Below are positions 62,130 through 64,000 of a stretch of DNA of 64,000 nucleotides, piece after piece (the stretch's first letter is position 1; each line of letters starts with the position of its first letter). Under the pieces are notes generated by a model. It did not search any database, had not been told where the DNA came from, and was given only the letters and a program-made list of their open reading frames with translations. The DNA is from Alphaproteobacteria bacterium (lineage in GTDB: Bacteria > Pseudomonadota > Alphaproteobacteria > CALKHQ01): positions 3,168,001-3,232,000 of the forward strand of contig CBDDFZ010000001.1 in NCBI GenBank assembly GCA_965227515.1, written 5' to 3'. A program made the translations under genes and the position numbers.

Positions 62130-63695
62130 TTGGTAGACGTAACCCAAATCGCCTCAGAGCATGCCGTTGTCGCCGCCGGGCACCGGCTGGCGTGCGATGC
62201 CGCGGCCGCGACCATGGGCGATGGCGGAACGGTGGCGGATGCCGCAGTGGCCGCAGGTTTCGTGCTGGCGGTCGTGAACCCGCATGCGGCCACGTTGGGC
62301 GGCGACGCGTTCGTGCTGGTCCGCGACGGGGCAACAGGCCAGGTGCATGGCGTCAATGGCTCCGGCGCCGCGCCAGCGGGTGTCGACCCGGCGATGTTTC
62401 CCGAGGGCATGCCGCGCGCCGGGCCGCAGGTCTCCACGGTGCCGGGTTTCGTTGCCGCCATGGGCGAGATGCACGAACGCTTCGGGCGCCTGCCTTGGGC
62501 GGAACTGTTGGCGCCTGCGACCGCCCTCGCCCACGATGGCTTTGAGGTCAACGCATACCTGGCGGCGAACGCTGAGCGCTGTGCCGCGTTGCTGGCGCCG
62601 AACATGCGTGCCGCCGAATTGTTCCTGCCTGGCGACACGCCATTGGCCGCAGGCGACCGGCTTGTTCAGCCCGATCTCGCACGCACGCTGGAAGCGGTGG
62701 GTGCCGACGGTGCGCAGGCATTCTATCGCGGCGCGTTGGCGGAACGGCTTGCCGCAGGCATTGCGGACACTGGCGGCCTGGTGACGGCGGCCGACCTCGC
62801 CGCCCACCGCACCCTGTGGCAAGACCCGGTCTCCGCACCCTTCTGCGGGCGCGAGGTGGTGACCATGCCGCCGAACTCCTATGGGCTGACCATGCTGTTG
62901 CAACTTCTGCTGCTGGAGCGCGTCGGCGTCGCCGACATGGAGCCGGACGGGCCAGAGTTCGTGCTGGCGGGGTTGGCGGCGCGGCGCCGCGCCTATGCCG
63001 CCGCGGCGGATGCGATCTGCGACCCGGTGGACGGCGAAGCGGCCGCCTGGCGGCTGCTCGACCGCGCCATCGACGGCGACCTCGCGGACGGCCCCACGCC
63101 AGCCGAGGCCGAGGGCGGCACCACCAACATCTGCATCGCCGACCGCAACGGCAACGCCGTCTCGCTGGTCGCCAGCGTGTCGGCGCCGTTCGGCAACTGC
63201 GTGATCGCGGGCGACACCGGCGTGTTGATGAACAACCGGCTTCGGGGGTTCTCCCTCGATGCCGCCAGTCCCAACCGGCTGGCACCGGGCCGGAGGCCCG
63301 CGCACACCCTGACGCCGGCCATGGTGCTGCGGGACGCGACACCGGAATGGATCATCGGCTCGCCCGGAACCGCCGGCCAGACCTGCGTGATGGCGCAACT
63401 GATCGCCCGCCTTGTCGCCTGCAATCTGGCGCCGGCGCAGGCCCTGGCCGCACCACGTTGGTCGGTCGATTTGCAGGGCAAGCCCATTGTCGAAACGTCT
63501 CTTGATAACAATGTATTCGACGCTATTTCTGCCAAGGAAGCCGAACTGCGCCGCATGCCAGTTGGCTGGCAGACATTCGGGTCGGCCAAGGCCTGCCACT
63601 ACGGCCCCAACGGCCTGACCGCCTATGCCGATCGCCGTCGCGCGGCCGATGTTGGCGCACTGGATCGCACTCTGGACCGGGCGCCCGGGCCATAG
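62130..63695 (+). CDS. ggt: Gamma-glutamyltransferase family protein
   Basis: GGTVADAAVA, LGGDAF, LVQPDLARTL, catalytic TTN..AD.NGN.VS, RRPAHTL. Confidence 0.9.
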   Translation: MVDVTQIASEHAVVAAGHRLACDAAAATMGDGGTVADAAVAAGFVLAVVNPHAATLGGDAFVLVRDGATGQVHGVNGSGAAPAGVDPAMFPEGMPRAGPQVSTVPGFVAAMGEMHERFGRLPWAELLAPATALAHDGFEVNAYLAANAERCAALLAPNMRAAELFLPGDTPLAAGDRLVQPDLARTLEAVGADGAQAFYRGALAERLAAGIADTGGLVTAADLAAHRTLWQDPVSAPFCGREVVTMPPNSYGLTMLLQLLLLERVGVADMEPDGPEFVLAGLAARRRAYAAAADAICDPVDGEAAAWRLLDRAIDGDLADGPTPAEAEGGTTNICIADRNGNAVSLVASVSAPFGNCVIAGDTGVLMNNRLRGFSLDAASPNRLAPGRRPAHTLTPAMVLRDATPEWIIGSPGTAGQTCVMAQLIARLVACNLAPAQALAAPRWSVDLQGKPIVETSLDNNVFDAISAKEAELRRMPVGWQTFGSAKACHYGPNGLTAYADRRRAADVGALDRTLDRAPGP

Positions 63696-63739
63696 CATAA
63701 CTACGCCCTCGCACCGACCAGGGGGAGACGCATACCGCG

Positions 63740-64000
63740 ATGGCCGAACAGCTCAACTACGAGGTTGCCTGCCTGCAAACCCGCTCGCGGCAGGTCTCGC
63801 GCGACGACGACGCCCAGCGCGACGCCGATATCCGCGCCAACCTAGAGCGGATCTTCGAGCTCATCGACTACATCACAGCGTTCGGCAATTCCGAGGTGCG
63901 GCTGATCGTGCTGCCGGAATACGCCATCAACGCGCGCTGGCACCGCATGGAACTGGAAGACTGGATGCGCATCTGCACCACCATTCCGGGCCCCTACACC
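63740..64000 (+). CDS. Nitrilase/carbon-nitrogen hydrolase family protein (partial)
   Basis: Not in ORF track. GGGGGAG RBS; MAEQLNYEVACLQ...RANLERI...LIVLPEY...IPGPYT. Confidence 0.8.
   Translation, partial: MAEQLNYEVACLQTRSRQVSRDDDAQRDADIRANLERIFELIDYITAFGNSEVRLIVLPEYAINARWHRMELEDWMRICTTIPGPYT

Overview
High-GC alphaproteobacterial chromosome segment. Gene order and a tRNA-His encoding G-1/C73 point to a Rhodospirillales-like lineage. The left third is core genome: comEC (partial), gltX, gltA, gloA, the reverse-strand rpsB-tsf-pyrH-frr-uppS-cdsA-dxr-rseP-bamA-lpxD-fabZ-lpxA-lpxI-lpxB superoperon, pncA and dnaE. The middle mixes core genes (parE, glnB-glnA, tRNA-His) with accessory genes. 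The right part has a DEAD-box helicase, an aminobenzoate-CoA-like catabolic cluster, rhomboid, glpK, a Kef-type antiporter, GGT and a partial nitrilase-family gene. Most notable: (1) a three-gene MotA/TolQ-like module whose Asp-bearing partner has a YfaP-like domain instead of a MotB/ExbD domain (49220-51110); (2) an adjacent FecR-domain + lipoprotein + CHASE2 hybrid kinase in which every phosphotransfer residue is substituted (44482-48873); (3) a lone low-GC PD-(D/E)xK nuclease gene (30410-31762); (4) a 4x17-bp repeat forming coupled hexapeptide mini-ORFs between cdsA and dxr; (5) an in-frame amber codon in a transmembrane regulator; (6) an antitoxin with a truncated ParE-like toxin; (7) two kinds of palindromic intergenic repeats. 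All calls come from motif recognition by eye; no searches were run.
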